Source: Pseudovirgaria hyperparasitica
Lineage: Eukaryota
DNA length: 64,000 bases
NCBI GenBank assembly: GCA_010093815.1
Contig: ML996567.1
Strand: one strand, 5' to 3'
Every line of letters begins with the position of its first letter. The stretch's first letter is position 1. Of the stretch, positions 48,222 through 61,090 are shown piece by piece. A program made the position numbers and the translations under genes. The notes under the pieces are model-generated. The model was not told the origin of the DNA and did not search any database. It saw only the letters and a list, made by a program, of their open reading frames with translations.

Positions 48222-49052
48222 TCATCGTCGTGTTAGCCAGTTCACCCAGCTTTTTGTTGTATCTGAAGCAGCATTCGCGACGTTTTCCCCTAATTGATCT
48301 AACTGCCCTCCAGTCTTTGTGCTCCGTGTTTGACTCGCGCGTCTTGTGTTTTCTTCGAGCGCTTTTACTATTCCGAGTCCCTCGCCCGTCTCCTGTGTAG
48401 TCCCACCGAGCGAAGTATCTGGAGCCGATGTCCTCATTAGAGCCTCGCCCAGCTTACCACCAACAGACTCCTCTGTTGACAAAGATCCAAACAGTGCAGA
48501 TTTTATCTTGTTACTGATTGCGTTTTTCTCCTTGTCCTGCCGCTTCTGTTCCTTCTCTCGCTCAAGCCCCAAGAGCTCTAATTGCAAGGGTGTTGCTGTG
48601 CCATTCGACTCTGCGTCGCGAGCTAGTCTGATATATTCGATCATTTCGATCTTTTGCTGCTCATAAAAGGCGTTTCGCTTTCTCCGGTTGTACGCCAGCA
48701 TGTCGATCGTCGATGCGGCGCAGTATACGAATATCAAGCCTGAGAATATATGAGTGGTGTTCTATTACAGCAGGTTGTATCTCCGGCACAAACCTGTAAA
48801 TCCGATCAAAGTAAAACTGAAAACACGATGGGAGCGATCTGCCCATACGCGTCCTCTTTGCACTATTCGATCCCATTGGCTAACCTCTCCTAGCTTTGCT
48901 ATTCTCGCAGCCTCCCGAAGGCGTCTCAGCTTTTGCTGTGGAGTTTCGCCTGGGGGTGCATCCGAAATACTTATGGTAGACGTTCTGCCAGGTTTTGCTG
49001 CATAGGGATTGGTCTGCGTGAATCGTGTGGCATCTTCAACAGTGCGCGCCAT
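48222..49052 (-). CDS. Cytochrome c oxidase assembly protein, Cox14-like
   Basis: Exons 49052-48794, 48739-48222. DATRFT, ETPQQKLRRLR, GRVWADRSHR then a TM helix; KSALFG. Confidence 0.7.
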
Positions 49053-49404
49053 TTGAACTTCAATGTCGAAATTGGGAGAGGAACGATGTGGTCGGCGTGG
49101 TAGACATGTGGCTACTGGCTTCTCAATGATGCTCTAGACTTTTTGCCGCATAAGGTTGCCAGTTTACATAGCTTAGGTAATAAGTGTTATGGCCTCAGGC
49201 ATTTATATCAACATCGACTGAACGACCGCATACCTTCTTACCAATGGTCTGAGCCCAAGGCCATGCTCACGATCTGTTATAACGCCCCCTTGAATTCTTT
49301 CTTTTTCTTTCTCTCCTAATTGACTATGTCCCAGTCCTAACGTTCTGCGTGAAATCGTCGTTGACTCAAGCCTCAGCTTTAATTACGGTTCCGCATTTTC
49401 CATT

Positions 49405-50324
49405 ATGGACAGTAATGGCAGTAATGGCAGTAATGAGGCTCCCGCAGATTTGGCTTCCATCCTTGCCACTCTTGCAGCTCTGGCTCCGCAGAAAGGGCAG
49501 CCTATTTCGAATATCACTCCTGGTAATAGTTCCTTAAATGCCAGATCTTTCACAGATACCCAATCGAATGCGACCCGAAGTGAGTATCCGGATCATGTCT
49601 CGATACGGAACGATCCAGGCCGTTGCCCTACTACTTCTGAAGAAGCCGTATATATTCCTCAAGGACGTCAGAGCTTTCATGCACAACTGTCAACTCCTGA
49701 GCCTCGTTCATACACCCCACCACCGATGGATCCAGCCACAATCATTGAGTGGCCACAGGGTCTTCGCTGCGTAACAAAGATCGCGTCTCAGAATCCGATG
49801 TTCAGAACCATCATACGTAAAGTATGTTCGGAGCTTCCAGCTTCTCATTGAAAGTAATTGACTTTCCTAGATGATGGCAGAACAAGAAAGGCACGAGACA
49901 ATGTGGTACGTCATTTGTCGCTAGTCCTTCATTATGGTTCTGGTATCAACTTCCTAGTTAGGTGGAATGGTAGGCGTAAGCTACTCGAGAGTCATGGGAA
50001 CCCGTCAGCTAAGAAGGTCTGATCCTATAACTTCCCGATCAGAGATGTCGTCTGACTTTTCAGAGATCGGATGCGGTGAACAATGAGCTCAAGAGATATG
50101 ATCTAAAGGTCTACAAGGCCACCCAAAGCATGGTTCAATCCATGTCCGGAGAGCTGAAGAGTCTCGGTGTGCCGTTCTTCGGCGTCAGAAATGGTCTTGT
50201 TATATCTACGAGATCTAATTCGAAGAAGCAGCACGAGGGACCCCCGCAATCGATCACACCAGAGCAGCTTTTACAGCTTCAGCGGAAAATGATCGCACAC
50301 CTAGTGGACATGTACGGTCCATAG
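49405..50324 (+). CDS. DUF2458-like protein
   Basis: Exons approximately 49405-49821, 49871-49905, 49962-50016, 50064-50324. DPATIIEWPQGLRCV, QERHETMWW.GR, ELKRYDLKVYKA, LGVPFFG, LQRKMIAHLVD. Confidence 0.8.
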
Positions 50325-50957
50325 CGTGCGTATGCTATCATACTTTCTAGAATACCTTTTTGGAGTCTAAGCCGTAATTTTGAAGTACAGGAAGGGTGGG
50401 TGTAAGATGAATGAAGTTCCTCAGGTTCTGAGAAGCTGGCAAAGCCCAGTACTATATTAGACCTGTCAAATAGGAGTAGACAATTGTGGTGTATAAGGTA
50501 TGAATTCTCTAACCCGTGTAACGCTAATTACCACTCACAACAGAACTAGAACGTGGTAATCATAAGCGGCGAATGATAAATTTCCAATAGAGAGATCTTG
50601 TATCTTGTTATCTGCTTAGCTGTGCGTGTACTATTATATTCGCAACGGTGAACTGAGTCACTCAACCTATTATCATGGCCAATTTCTCGGAAATAATCTG
50701 CGTTCACTCACCGCTTAGTTTTGTTCAATTCCCAACCCTGGTGGCGCTGAAAAGTGAAGTGATCGAGTCCAGACCAAGGTAGTACGAACGGCATGGATTT
50801 CTACCAACACTATATTTGTCGCCCTCCTCCCTTGTAACTCCAACAACTTCCCGTCACTCTTTCTTTCAACGTTACTCTTCTTTGTTCAGCTTAGCTAGTC
50901 CCGGAGATCTGTTCATTCTACTCTTTCATACTTAGCTTGAATCCTTCCGCCGCAAAT

Positions 50958-51958
50958 ATGAAGCTACAGCTGTCTGTCTTCGCCTTGGTGGCCGCACTCG
51001 TTGCACCTATCATCCCCGGCGCCCAAGCCTTGAACTCGGACATCGTGCAGGTGGATGATGGTGCCCGTCAGCTCACGTCCAGCTTTATTGCTATCGGAAA
51101 AGGCGACGATACCTCCGCCGATCCGGGTACTCCAATCTGCCTAGGCGACAGTCAGGCCTGTGGCAAGGGATGCTGCCCAAAAGTCAGAGTATCTCCCTTT
51201 CTTCTTTGCATTCCTTTGGACTGATTAGATCAACCATAGGAGGTACTCGGTTCTGCAACAGCTGCCGCGAATCTCCTGGTTCATCAAGCGCTCAGACGCG
51301 ATGACGTTTCAACCAACATCATCACGAAGACCGTGTACTATGCATCTGGCCACGAGGTAAGCAAATCACATAGATTTAGATTTGATGTCCTTGCTGATAT
51401 TTCGCACAGCCCGCAACTGCTACCACATGTTTGGCCTACAACTTCTGCTCTGTCCAGGCGTGGGCATCGACTGAGAGCTATAGCCTCACCTACCTCTGCG
51501 ACAAGATGACCACTGCAACGCCCACTGTCGCTCAGACATGTGCATCGTACTCATTCTGCACTGCGACAGCCTGGAGCGGAACTTCTAGCTATCCTATCAC
51601 TCATATTTGTCACGTTGGACATCCCACGATCACTGTCAGTTTCCCGGACAATACTGGTCATGTTTCATTCCAAACCACCGCTCCCAACGCCACCGGAACT
51701 GTCACTGTCTATGAGACCGATATTATCCAGACCAGTTTCCAGGCAACCTCTACCAGTCCGATCTGCTCGGAGGCCACCCAGACTCTTGCACCTTACGGAT
51801 CACTAGTCGTACACAACACTACGTCCATCATGTCCACTCCAGCTCCTCCAGTCCTCACTGGCTCTGCCGGGTCTGCCGCTCCTAGGGTCAAACAGGGTAT
51901 AGCCTTTCTCCTCGGTTTATGCACTGCTACTGTTGTGTACCTCGTGCTTATGGCCTAG
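50958..51958 (+). CDS. Secreted Cys-containing, S/T-rich, putative GPI-anchored protein
   Basis: Exons 50958-51182, 51240-51356, 51410-51958 join in frame. Signal peptide MKLQLSVFALVAALVAPII; C-terminal GSAGSAA, spacer and hydrophobic tail. Confidence 0.78.
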
Positions 51959-52090
51959 GATCCGTCCTAGTAGATCTAGCAGCGTTTCGTTTTCTTTCAC
52001 TCGTGTTGTAGTTTGCCGATTGTGTGGGCTTAAGGCTGTTGAAGCCCAAGTATTAGTGCTTGCCAGCGCAGCTTGACGCTAGTTCCATAG

Positions 52091-52115
52091 CAATGATATG
52101 CAATGATATGCAATG
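52091..52115. repeat. 10-bp tandem repeat (CAATGATATG x2.5) in the 3' region
   Basis: Read directly from the sequence. Confidence 0.8.
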
Positions 52116-53942
52116 TTTGTCAAATTATCTTCGTGAGTGACCTACGGTTGCTCGTCTAGAATGGCATAGTGATACGTTAGTTTATGGCCACAAGTATCGG
52201 TGGTGAAAGTGATAGCGGGCTGCGGATCATTAATTCCTTTATAGCCAAGACAATACATGACTGTTTCTACTCAAGTTTTATCGCTTGAGCATATAAAGAT
52301 AGCTACAGGAGTTTTGTTTACCCTGATGGCGTGGTCTACAATAGTAAGCTCAAGTTTCCATGTTGGAGAAATATTATATATAGCACACACGAATCAGCGA
52401 TGCGGTTCTTACCGCCGACTCGGACACTATTCCAAATATGGACATATCGATGGCGAGTCCTAGCCTATACTTGACCATCATGCAACATGTTCATCATATC
52501 TATGGCAGCTTTGAGCTCTCTCTCAGCGAAGGAAGCCTTATGTTTGGCACTCTTCACGTCCTTGTAATTATTGGCAGGAGCGATCTGTACTCTTGAACAC
52601 AGTCGGGTCAAAGCTTCGGCCTTGAATCCATGAGTCGTGCATCAAACACCCGTAGACCGTGTACTTAGCCACAAAGACTATCTCGGGATACCACGCAACA
52701 AGGAAATAGATGCCTTGATTCCTCATCTCACATCAGCGAATTCTACGGTTATTTATGGCGGAATGATGAGGGATCGGTTCTCGTAGAGGCTGAGAATATC
52801 GATAGCCAATAGACCGAACCAGAATTCTCGAGCCCACAAGGAACGAGGAATTGCGTCTCGATTGAGCAGAATTGACGGTTCGGTTCACACTCGTCACAAA
52901 GTGTACCGTGGCTATGGCTAGGCAAGGAACTCGCGGCATCAACCTCGCCCTCGCCCTCGCCTCCACATCGACCGCCAGTTTTCACGACGATCGCAAGGCC
53001 CACAACAGCCAGATTCATGCGATCGACATGGCAGGATCTGCTTGGTTCATCAACACCAACACAAATCCTTGGCTGCCTTGTACGTCGTTCGATTTGGGCA
53101 CTCCCAAGTTCCAACAGCGTCCCGAGGAAGTCCTCTAGTGTTATCCATCCAATTCGAGGGCCAAGGCCCGTGTTCCAGCTACTTCACACCGGTATTTGAT
53201 GACTTGGGAGATGGACGGATCTGCGATCAGGGAAGATGAAGGGCTTTTCTCGCGAACAAGCCTAGCGAAACGATCGAGCAGGGATGACGACGCATGGCTT
53301 GCTGGGGCGTGAAGCGTGAGGGCGCGTTGTGGGTTTGTAAAACGGTACCTGCGCCTCCAGAATGGGCCTTACAGGTTTCTAATTGGCTGAAGTTGGGTGG
53401 GCACGCCACCATGTTTCAGCGCCGGCACGTAACACTGCACTGGCTGTTCACCCCCTAGAAAAGTTATCACGCATAGGGAGCAACTGAAGAGAGAATTTGG
53501 GGAGGGGAGGGGTCCATCTTGGGACGTGCAAAAGGTTTTGCCTATCTATCGCCGGTCTCAGTCTGATGCCTCACTTTCTCCTTCATACATCAACTCTTCC
53601 TCGCGCCGATTGTATCTGCGTGCTGGCCTGCCTCTTCTCTTTTATGTCTCTTTTGTGCGTCTCATAGCATCAATCCAACACACACATTCGCTTTCCATCT
53701 ACCTTGGGTCGTTTGGACACTCTATCACACGACTACCTGCATTTGCGTCATAGATCTACATTACGTGCTGGACGCCTACATTCTCTTGAATATTCCCAAC
53801 TGCACAGTTACACGCCTTTCTCATTTTAGCTATCAATCGGTCCTGGGACCACGGTCACGATATATCACTCTTCTCTTACGATACAACATAGAATCACCTC
53901 ACGAGCAGCTGGCCTAGTCACCACCATTGATCCGACGCTTCG

Positions 53943-56929
53943 ATGTCGAGTCAGCCTCAGAGACAACGGTCACTGTCTCCAACCCATTTCAAGCAGTCCA
54001 GGCACGGTTTTCAGCCCCTGAACGACGTCCCCGAAAACAGCACTATGTCGCGTCACAACGACGGCATGATGGATATCCCGCTCCAGACGGTAGTGAGCCA
54101 TGGATCGACTGGACTTCGCAGCAACCACACCCCGAAATCACCAATTGGCCAATCACAACAAGGAACATTTTATGAAAAACAAGAGCAAGACCAGGATGAA
54201 AATGGACACGGCGGCAGGAGGAAACTGGCGAAAGTCGACTCAAAAGGCCGCAAGATTGGCACTGGGGCTGACGGAGAAGACGACACCCTCACTCGCATGG
54301 GTATGATATACACCAAGATTTTACACTTTAGTGTCATCACTCGTTACTTGATCTATGTCCTTCCTGTGGCTGCTATTCTGGCTGTACCACTCGTTGTAGG
54401 TGCAACCGCTGCACCTCGCGCACATATTGGCGGCGTCCGATTGGTCTGGTTCTGGACTTGGATTGAGGTCGTTTGGCTCGGACTGTGGGCGTCAAAGGTC
54501 GTCGCTCACTTTCTTCCTAAGGTCTTCCAGGCGCTCATGGGTGTTGTCAGTGCTGGCACGCGTAAATACTCCCTCGTTCTCAAGGCCGTGGAGATCCCAC
54601 TCTCGCTTGTCGGCTGGGCTGTCGTGGCTTTAACCACTTTCAAGCCGGCCATGCAAGCAACGCTTGACCCGAGTAAAGGAGATAGGCTGCGCGGGTGGCA
54701 GGATGTGATGATCAGAGTTCTCGGCGCGTGTTTGGCTGCGACTATCGTTCTGCTTGTGGAGAAGCTTCTCATTCAGCTCATCAGCATCAACTATCATCGT
54801 AAGCAGTTTAACGTCAAGATCAAGGATTCAAAACGTAACGTTTCGAACTTGAGCCTTCTATACGATGCTTCGCGGGCGTTGTTTCCTATGTACTGCCGCG
54901 AATTCCAAGAAGAGGACTACATCATCAACGACTCTCTCGAATTTGGCATGGGCAGCCGGACCAATAGTGGAAACCAGAAAAGACCTGGCTCTGCCAATCC
55001 AACCAGATTGCTTCAAAATGTCGGCCGTTTTGGGGATAAGATCACTTCGGTATTTGGCAATGTTGCTCACGAGATCACTGGAAAGAAGGTTTTCAATCCC
55101 AATTCGGCTCACTCCATCGTCGTCGAAGCATTGGAGAAGAAACGTACATCCGAAGCATTGGCCAAACGCATTTGGATGTCACTCGTAGTCGAGGGTAGGA
55201 ATGCTCTATACGCAGACGATATTGCAGAGGTGCTTGGCGCCGATCGCACTGCTGAAGCCGACGAATGTTTCAGTACCCTCGATCGTGATGGCAATGGCGA
55301 TATCAGTCTTGAGGAGATGATTCTTACCGTCACTGAATTGGGCCGTGAGCGAAAGTCCATTGCTACCAGCATGCACGACGTTGATCAAGCCATCAACGTG
55401 CTTGATGGTTTACTTTCCACTGTGGTGTTGATCATCGTTGTTTTCATTTTCAGTAAGTTGGCCGCATCATTTGTGTACTTGTCCAAGGCTAACATTTTAC
55501 AGTTGCATTCCTTAACACCAACTTCGTCACAACTTTAGCGACGGCCGGTACAGCGCTCCTGTCGCTTTCGTTCGTTTTCGCTGCGACTACACAAGAGGTC
55601 CTCGGTTCCTGTATCTTCCTCTTCGTGAAACATCCTTACGACGTCGGCGACAGAATCGATTTGACTAGCGGCACGGACAAGCTTGTCGTTGAGCACATTT
55701 CCTTACTCTTTACCACATTCCGTCGCGTCACAAATGGCAAGGTTGTTCAGATCCCTAATATCGTCCTGAACGGCATTTGGATTGAGAATATCTCTCGCAG
55801 CAATGCCATGCGGGAGACAATCTCCATATTTGTCGCCTTCGATACAACCTTTGCGGACATTTCGCTCTTGAAGAACGAAATGCAGAACTTCGTTCGGGAT
55901 AAGGAAAATGCCCGAGACTTCATGCCGGACGTTGACATTGATGTCGCAGATATCTGCGAAATGAACAAGATGGAACTGAAGTGTGAGATTCGTCATAAGA
56001 GCAATTGGGCAAATGGCGTTGTCGCCGGTACCCGTCGCTCCAAGTTCATGTGTGCCCTCGTCCTCGCTCTCCGCAAGGTACCTATCTATGGCCCTGGCGG
56101 CGGTGACCCAGCGTTGGGTGCAGTGGGCAACCCCTCATACTCCGTAGCCGTCAGCCACGAGCAAGCCGAGCACCAAAAAGAGCTTGCGTCAAGGACGAAA
56201 GAAGAATCACGTATGGTTCCCACCGCAAAGACAGGTCTCACATACCCCACGGACACGCATGGCAAAGCCGCTGCAACCGCCACTGGGTTTAACAACCTCG
56301 CCCCATCTGCCGAAGCCAATGGTATCAGCAACTTGACAGCGCGCAATGTCGCACTTGATCCAGCACGTGATGACGCCTACTCGCTCCGCGACGATGCGGC
56401 CTCCATGGGCCGCCCATCAATGGACCGTCATTCCATGGACGCCGGCGCAGAAGACTCCATGCAACTCCTCCATAAGGCCCCCTCATCCGCCTCCACTGGT
56501 CGCCGCCGAGCCGCATCTCGCGTCGCAATGGCTGTCCCATCCGTGCCCTTCATCGCCGAGCCCCGACCCCCTACCGGCGGATCTGATTACGCCGATGTCC
56601 CTCCCGCGCGAAACCTGACCCAACAGCCCTCCGCGTCTGCTTTGGGCCGCAGCACAAGTCTGGGCTCTCCAGCCTTGCATGGTAGTCAGCGGTCCGGAGA
56701 GCAGTATGCCGGCGGTGCGACTACGCAACAGCAGCAGATCCGGGGAAATCCGTTTGCAAACCAGCCAATGACGCATTTCCAGTCGACGCCAGAATATCCT
56801 AGGCAGGAAAGTCCACCGGGCGCTTCGACGGGAAGAAGAGTGAGCGGAGAGACAGCGAGGCCCGGGCCAGGGCCGTATGCGCAACCACCGGGTGGACCAG
56901 GCGCATACAGGCCTTACGGGGGCACGTAG
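53943..56929 (+). CDS. MscS-like mechanosensitive ion channel (Msy1/Msy2-like) with EF hand
   Basis: Exons 53943-55452, 55503-56929. EF hand DRDGNGDISLEE; FLFVKHPYDVGDR, VQIPN, IENISRS, RRSKFMCALV. Confidence 0.93.
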
Positions 56930-57196
56930 GTGGTGCTTGATGCATGACGTATGAAATTGATTGAGTCCTTTGTTACGAGCATAGATGTCTTTTTTTCTTT
57001 TTTTTTCTGGCACAATCTGGAGTCATTCACAGCTAAGCTGATGCTACTACTGGTTAGCGGTAGTCGTCGAAATTAGATCGATATAGAGCGATTTTGCTCG
57101 GGCAAACTCGCAGCATTGCATAGCAACAAAAGTTCTTGTAACTTGTATAAGAATACTATGATTTGCTTCACATAAGTCTGCTTCATATGTTGCGCA

Positions 57197-57586
57197 TCAA
57201 GCTACAACCGGCACATGCAAATCGTTCCACATCTTCATCCTCCTCCCTTGTGCCTCCACGGCCTCCATAGCCTTCATCTCCCTCAACTCCCTCGCCTCAC
57301 TCTCACTCACCAGCACGAACTCATACCGAATCATCCTAGTCCCCTCCTCAACCCCATACGCCTCCTTCTCCTCAACCCCTACCGTCCCCAAATCCACACC
57401 CAACGCATCCTTGACCCCAAATACCGCATCACTGCTCTCATACGCATCCATCTCCCCGCAGATACACCGCCGTAACAAGGCCATCAAACGCTCCTTTTCA
57501 AACATAAATCGCACATGACTTCGCCGATACGCATGTCTCCCCAACGCAACCAAAAACCGTCCCACCGGGGGTTTGGGTTGGTCCAT
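57197..57586 (-). CDS. Hypothetical 129-aa protein
   Basis: Open frame with a good ATG context (gcagccATGG) and natural-looking composition; no recognisable family. Confidence 0.45.
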   Translation of the reverse strand: MDQPKPPVGRFLVALGRHAYRRSHVRFMFEKERLMALLRRCICGEMDAYESSDAVFGVKDALGVDLGTVGVEEKEAYGVEEGTRMIRYEFVLVSESEARELREMKAMEAVEAQGRRMKMWNDLHVPVVA

Positions 57587-58067
57587 GGCTGCTGTGCTGT
57601 GTTTTGTTGCTGAAGAAGGGAGAAGATGCAAAGTTTGGTGTCAATGGTCTGGATGAAGATGGATATAAAGTTGATATTGCATGAAGCTATCTAAGCTATT
57701 ACGGGTTACAATGTGATGCAGTGTAGTATTGTGGGAAATTGCGATATCTGGACAGACATGCTCATTACATCCATGATGGTTACAGCTTATATACTCCAAT
57801 AAAGCAATGGAGATTGGTTGGTCTCTCTCTTTGCTGGTGGATTATGACACGGCGAGAGCGGGTCGTTATTTACCGCGGCAGTTGCCTTGGAGCTTGAAGC
57901 CTGAAATCTAAGGCTGATTGCGATGCGAGCCGCCCCACACAAGTCTGGAAAGCTTGAGCTCGGACCTGCTCGACAATTGATATCATCCATGCTGGGTTGC
58001 TGGTACAACTTACATAATTATACCTACATCTTCATCCCCAATCTTTTGCGCTTCCTGGAACGCAGTC

Positions 58068-60674
58068 ATGGCCGACGAAAAGACTGACGACGCGTTCCCG
58101 GACATAACAAACAAGCTCTCCGCGCCGACAAAGAAGTCGCAATATGAAAAGCAGAAGGCCGAAGCCGAAGCAAAGAGACTACGCGAGGAGAAAGAGACGG
58201 CAGCAGCACTCAAAGAATTCATCAATGACTATGGCGGCCCTGGTGAAAGTGATCCTCAACCGCGCGCCACTATGGCGGGGAGAGGGCGTGGAGGACTAGG
58301 CGCGCGATTGGGTGACGACGAGCTCGATCCAAGAGGTGCCGCCATGGGAGCTAAAAGGCATCATGTTCCGAGACCTGGACAGGCCCGAAGTGGACCTGGC
58401 AGTTTAGGACCATCGACAAGTTTTGGGAACAAGAAGAGAACCTTTTGGGATACGCCAAAAGAAGGCTCTCGGGGAGTCTTACAGCCTGAGCAATCTATCT
58501 CTGGACCTGTTCATGTTAGAGCTGCGTTAGAGAGCCACGAGGATGATGAAGACCAGGCGGTAGCAACGAAAACGGTAGAGCGCGAGCCTCCGAAGCCCAC
58601 AATCCGACTGTCCAACATTCCGCCCCACACATCAGAATCAGAGATCAAAGAGCTTATCCCAAAGTCTCTGACCGTCGAGTCAATACGCACAGAGCGGAGT
58701 GGAGAGAGTAGACCAATGCAGAGATCGGCGAAAGCAATGATTGCGACGTTAGCAAGCAATACCCCAGACAAGGATATCGAAAGTGCCCTCGTCAAGGTTC
58801 AAGGTGCATATCTCGGATGGGGATACAAGCTTGGAGTCTCGAAGCATTTGTCCACTAACGCTTTGGGATCCAGCACGGCGCATGCCCCAGCATCTACGTT
58901 TCTTCCTTTCGGTGCCGCCTCAAGGGCCAGAGATCCATCTCCGCCACGTCAAGGTTCTAGATTTGCTCCTCCACCTGAGGAGAGAATGGACAGAGGCCCG
59001 CATGGCCGGCAACAAGAAGCTCCCCTTGGTCCACCGGAAGTGCAAGTTGTGGTACCGTCAGACTTCAGAGAGCTTCGTCTCATCCATAAAACGTTGGAGA
59101 ATATGATTATACATGGGCCAGAGTTCGAAGCTCTCCTGCGCAAGCAACCACTCATACAGCGCAACGAAGAATGGGCATGGTTCTGGGATCCCCACAGTGT
59201 TGGTGGCGTGTGGTATCGATGGCAGCTAAGCAACCTCATGCGCCAGATTGATATTGACTCCGACTCTGATGATGAATTGCCTTCGATTGAATCAAAGGGC
59301 GCTATTGATCTATTCGAAGACTCCGAACCTTGGTGTCCGCCTGAGAACGACTTGGCATTTATGTCGCCAACCAAATTCAGTGAGCTCATCGACGATGCTG
59401 CATACCATGATACCTTGGAGCTGGAAGACGAAGAGCCCAAAAAGCCCGTCGCCGAAAACACCGCACTGTCATATCTCAACCCACTCCAAAAAGCACGCCT
59501 CATACACCTCCTTCAGCGCCTCCCTACATCCACAGGCAAACTCCGCAGGGGTGACATAGCCCGCATCACCGATTTTGCCATTACCAACGCCAGCGGTGCC
59601 CCAGAAGTGGTCGACATCGTCATCTCCAACATCCTGCAACCCTTCGCACTCAGTTGCACCACGCAAAACGACTACGACGAAGAGCAATATCCAGGCATCG
59701 ACACGTCCATCGACCCCTCAAACGCCAAGCAAATCGGCCTGTACGCCGTGTCCGACATCCTCTTCGCCTCGTCCGCCAGCGTTGCCCGCAACAGCTGGCG
59801 CTATCGCGAGCTCTTCGGCGATGCCCTGCGCGACCGCCGCATCTTCGAGACGCTGGGCCGTCTAGGCAAAGACCTTGGCTGGGGCGTCATGCGGCTGAAC
59901 AAGTGGAAGCGCAGCATCACAAACGTGCTCGAGCTATGGGACTCGAAGAGCGTGTTCCCGCCAGAGGTGCAAAAGCACTTTGAAGCAGCCTTTGAGTCCG
60001 TGACAGACAAGGTCAAGAACGACGTCGATGCCGCAGACGCCGCGGACGAGGACATCCAGGATCCAGTCGCGCAGGACCTCGAACCGCCGGACGATGATGA
60101 TGTTGATGTCGATGACGACGACGACGATCTTGCAGATGCTCCATCCTCGGACTCCGACGCACCTCTCGACATGTCTTCAGATGAAGATGAACCCCCAGAA
60201 GACGCTGAACACCCAGAACACACCGAACCTCCAGAGCCCGTCGAGGCTTCATTCGTAGACGACGCCGCCGCTGCCCGCGCCCAGCGCCTCGCCGCGATGA
60301 GAGCAACACTCGAAGCCCTGCCGCCCAGACGAGCACCATCTTCACCCCCCGAGACTGCAGACAGAAACATCGGTATGGATGGGAGCATGGACGACAACGC
60401 TGCGCCCGAACCCGTACAATCTGAGCTGCCGTCGCAGCAGGAGCAGCAACAACAGGAGGAGCAGAGTTCGGCACAACCACCACCGCCAACAAGACCTGCA
60501 TTCTCAATGTCTCTAGGTAGTAAACCAGCGATCAAGATGTCACTCGGCGCGAAACAGACCGCGGATGCCGAGACAGAGCCGACCGAGCAGGAGACACAGA
60601 AAGAGCAGAAAGAACAGAAAGAACAAGAAGCGCCGACAAAACGCGGGCGACCACGTGCCGCAGATTTTCTTTGA
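58068..60674 (+). CDS. U2 snRNP-associated SURP-motif protein (SR140/U2SURP-like: RRM-SURP-CID)
   Basis: KKSQYEKQKAEAEAKR; RRM (PTIRLSNIPP...YLGWGYKL); SURP (LIHKTLE...HGPEFEALL...WYRW); CID (IARITDFAI...LYAVSDIL...VLELW). Confidence 0.85.
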   Translation: MADEKTDDAFPDITNKLSAPTKKSQYEKQKAEAEAKRLREEKETAAALKEFINDYGGPGESDPQPRATMAGRGRGGLGARLGDDELDPRGAAMGAKRHHVPRPGQARSGPGSLGPSTSFGNKKRTFWDTPKEGSRGVLQPEQSISGPVHVRAALESHEDDEDQAVATKTVEREPPKPTIRLSNIPPHTSESEIKELIPKSLTVESIRTERSGESRPMQRSAKAMIATLASNTPDKDIESALVKVQGAYLGWGYKLGVSKHLSTNALGSSTAHAPASTFLPFGAASRARDPSPPRQGSRFAPPPEERMDRGPHGRQQEAPLGPPEVQVVVPSDFRELRLIHKTLENMIIHGPEFEALLRKQPLIQRNEEWAWFWDPHSVGGVWYRWQLSNLMRQIDIDSDSDDELPSIESKGAIDLFEDSEPWCPPENDLAFMSPTKFSELIDDAAYHDTLELEDEEPKKPVAENTALSYLNPLQKARLIHLLQRLPTSTGKLRRGDIARITDFAITNASGAPEVVDIVISNILQPFALSCTTQNDYDEEQYPGIDTSIDPSNAKQIGLYAVSDILFASSASVARNSWRYRELFGDALRDRRIFETLGRLGKDLGWGVMRLNKWKRSITNVLELWDSKSVFPPEVQKHFEAAFESVTDKVKNDVDAADAADEDIQDPVAQDLEPPDDDDVDVDDDDDDLADAPSSDSDAPLDMSSDEDEPPEDAEHPEHTEPPEPVEASFVDDAAAARAQRLAAMRATLEALPPRRAPSSPPETADRNIGMDGSMDDNAAPEPVQSELPSQQEQQQQEEQSSAQPPPPTRPAFSMSLGSKPAIKMSLGAKQTADAETEPTEQETQKEQKEQKEQEAPTKRGRPRAADFL

Positions 60675-61090
60675 CTGGGGGTTCAGGATAGGAATTGCAT
60701 TGAATAGCATCAGAGGCGCGCGTCAGGGGCGTATCTCGAATTCAGCATAGCGAGGGTCTGGGAGAAAAGGATTGGCGCATACGTGGGCCACTGGATATCA
60801 GGCATGAAGGCGTGTTGCTATACTGGTTGTAGCCATCTGTATTTATTATACATACGAGGACCGGAAGTAGTGACTTATGGTCACGCAAAAATCAAGCATT
60901 TTTTGCGCATTTTGTAGGTATGAGCACCGCGTGGGTAACCTTATCACCTTGTACAGACAGAGCGCTGGGCATAAAAGCATTGTAGACCATCGCACGACAT
61001 AGGTGCGCAGAGCCCGAACGAAACACGCTTCTCCCCGCCTTATACTCATTATTCCAGTAGAATCGTTAATTCATCCCTTGTGATGATGCA

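Noticed and set aside
52700..53240. Cluster of short overlapping ORFs upstream of the MscS gene
   Set aside because: No family signature, no good start or splice model; cannot support a gene.
59801..60535. 244-aa minus-strand ORF
   Set aside because: Antisense to the acidic low-complexity tail of the U2SURP-like gene.
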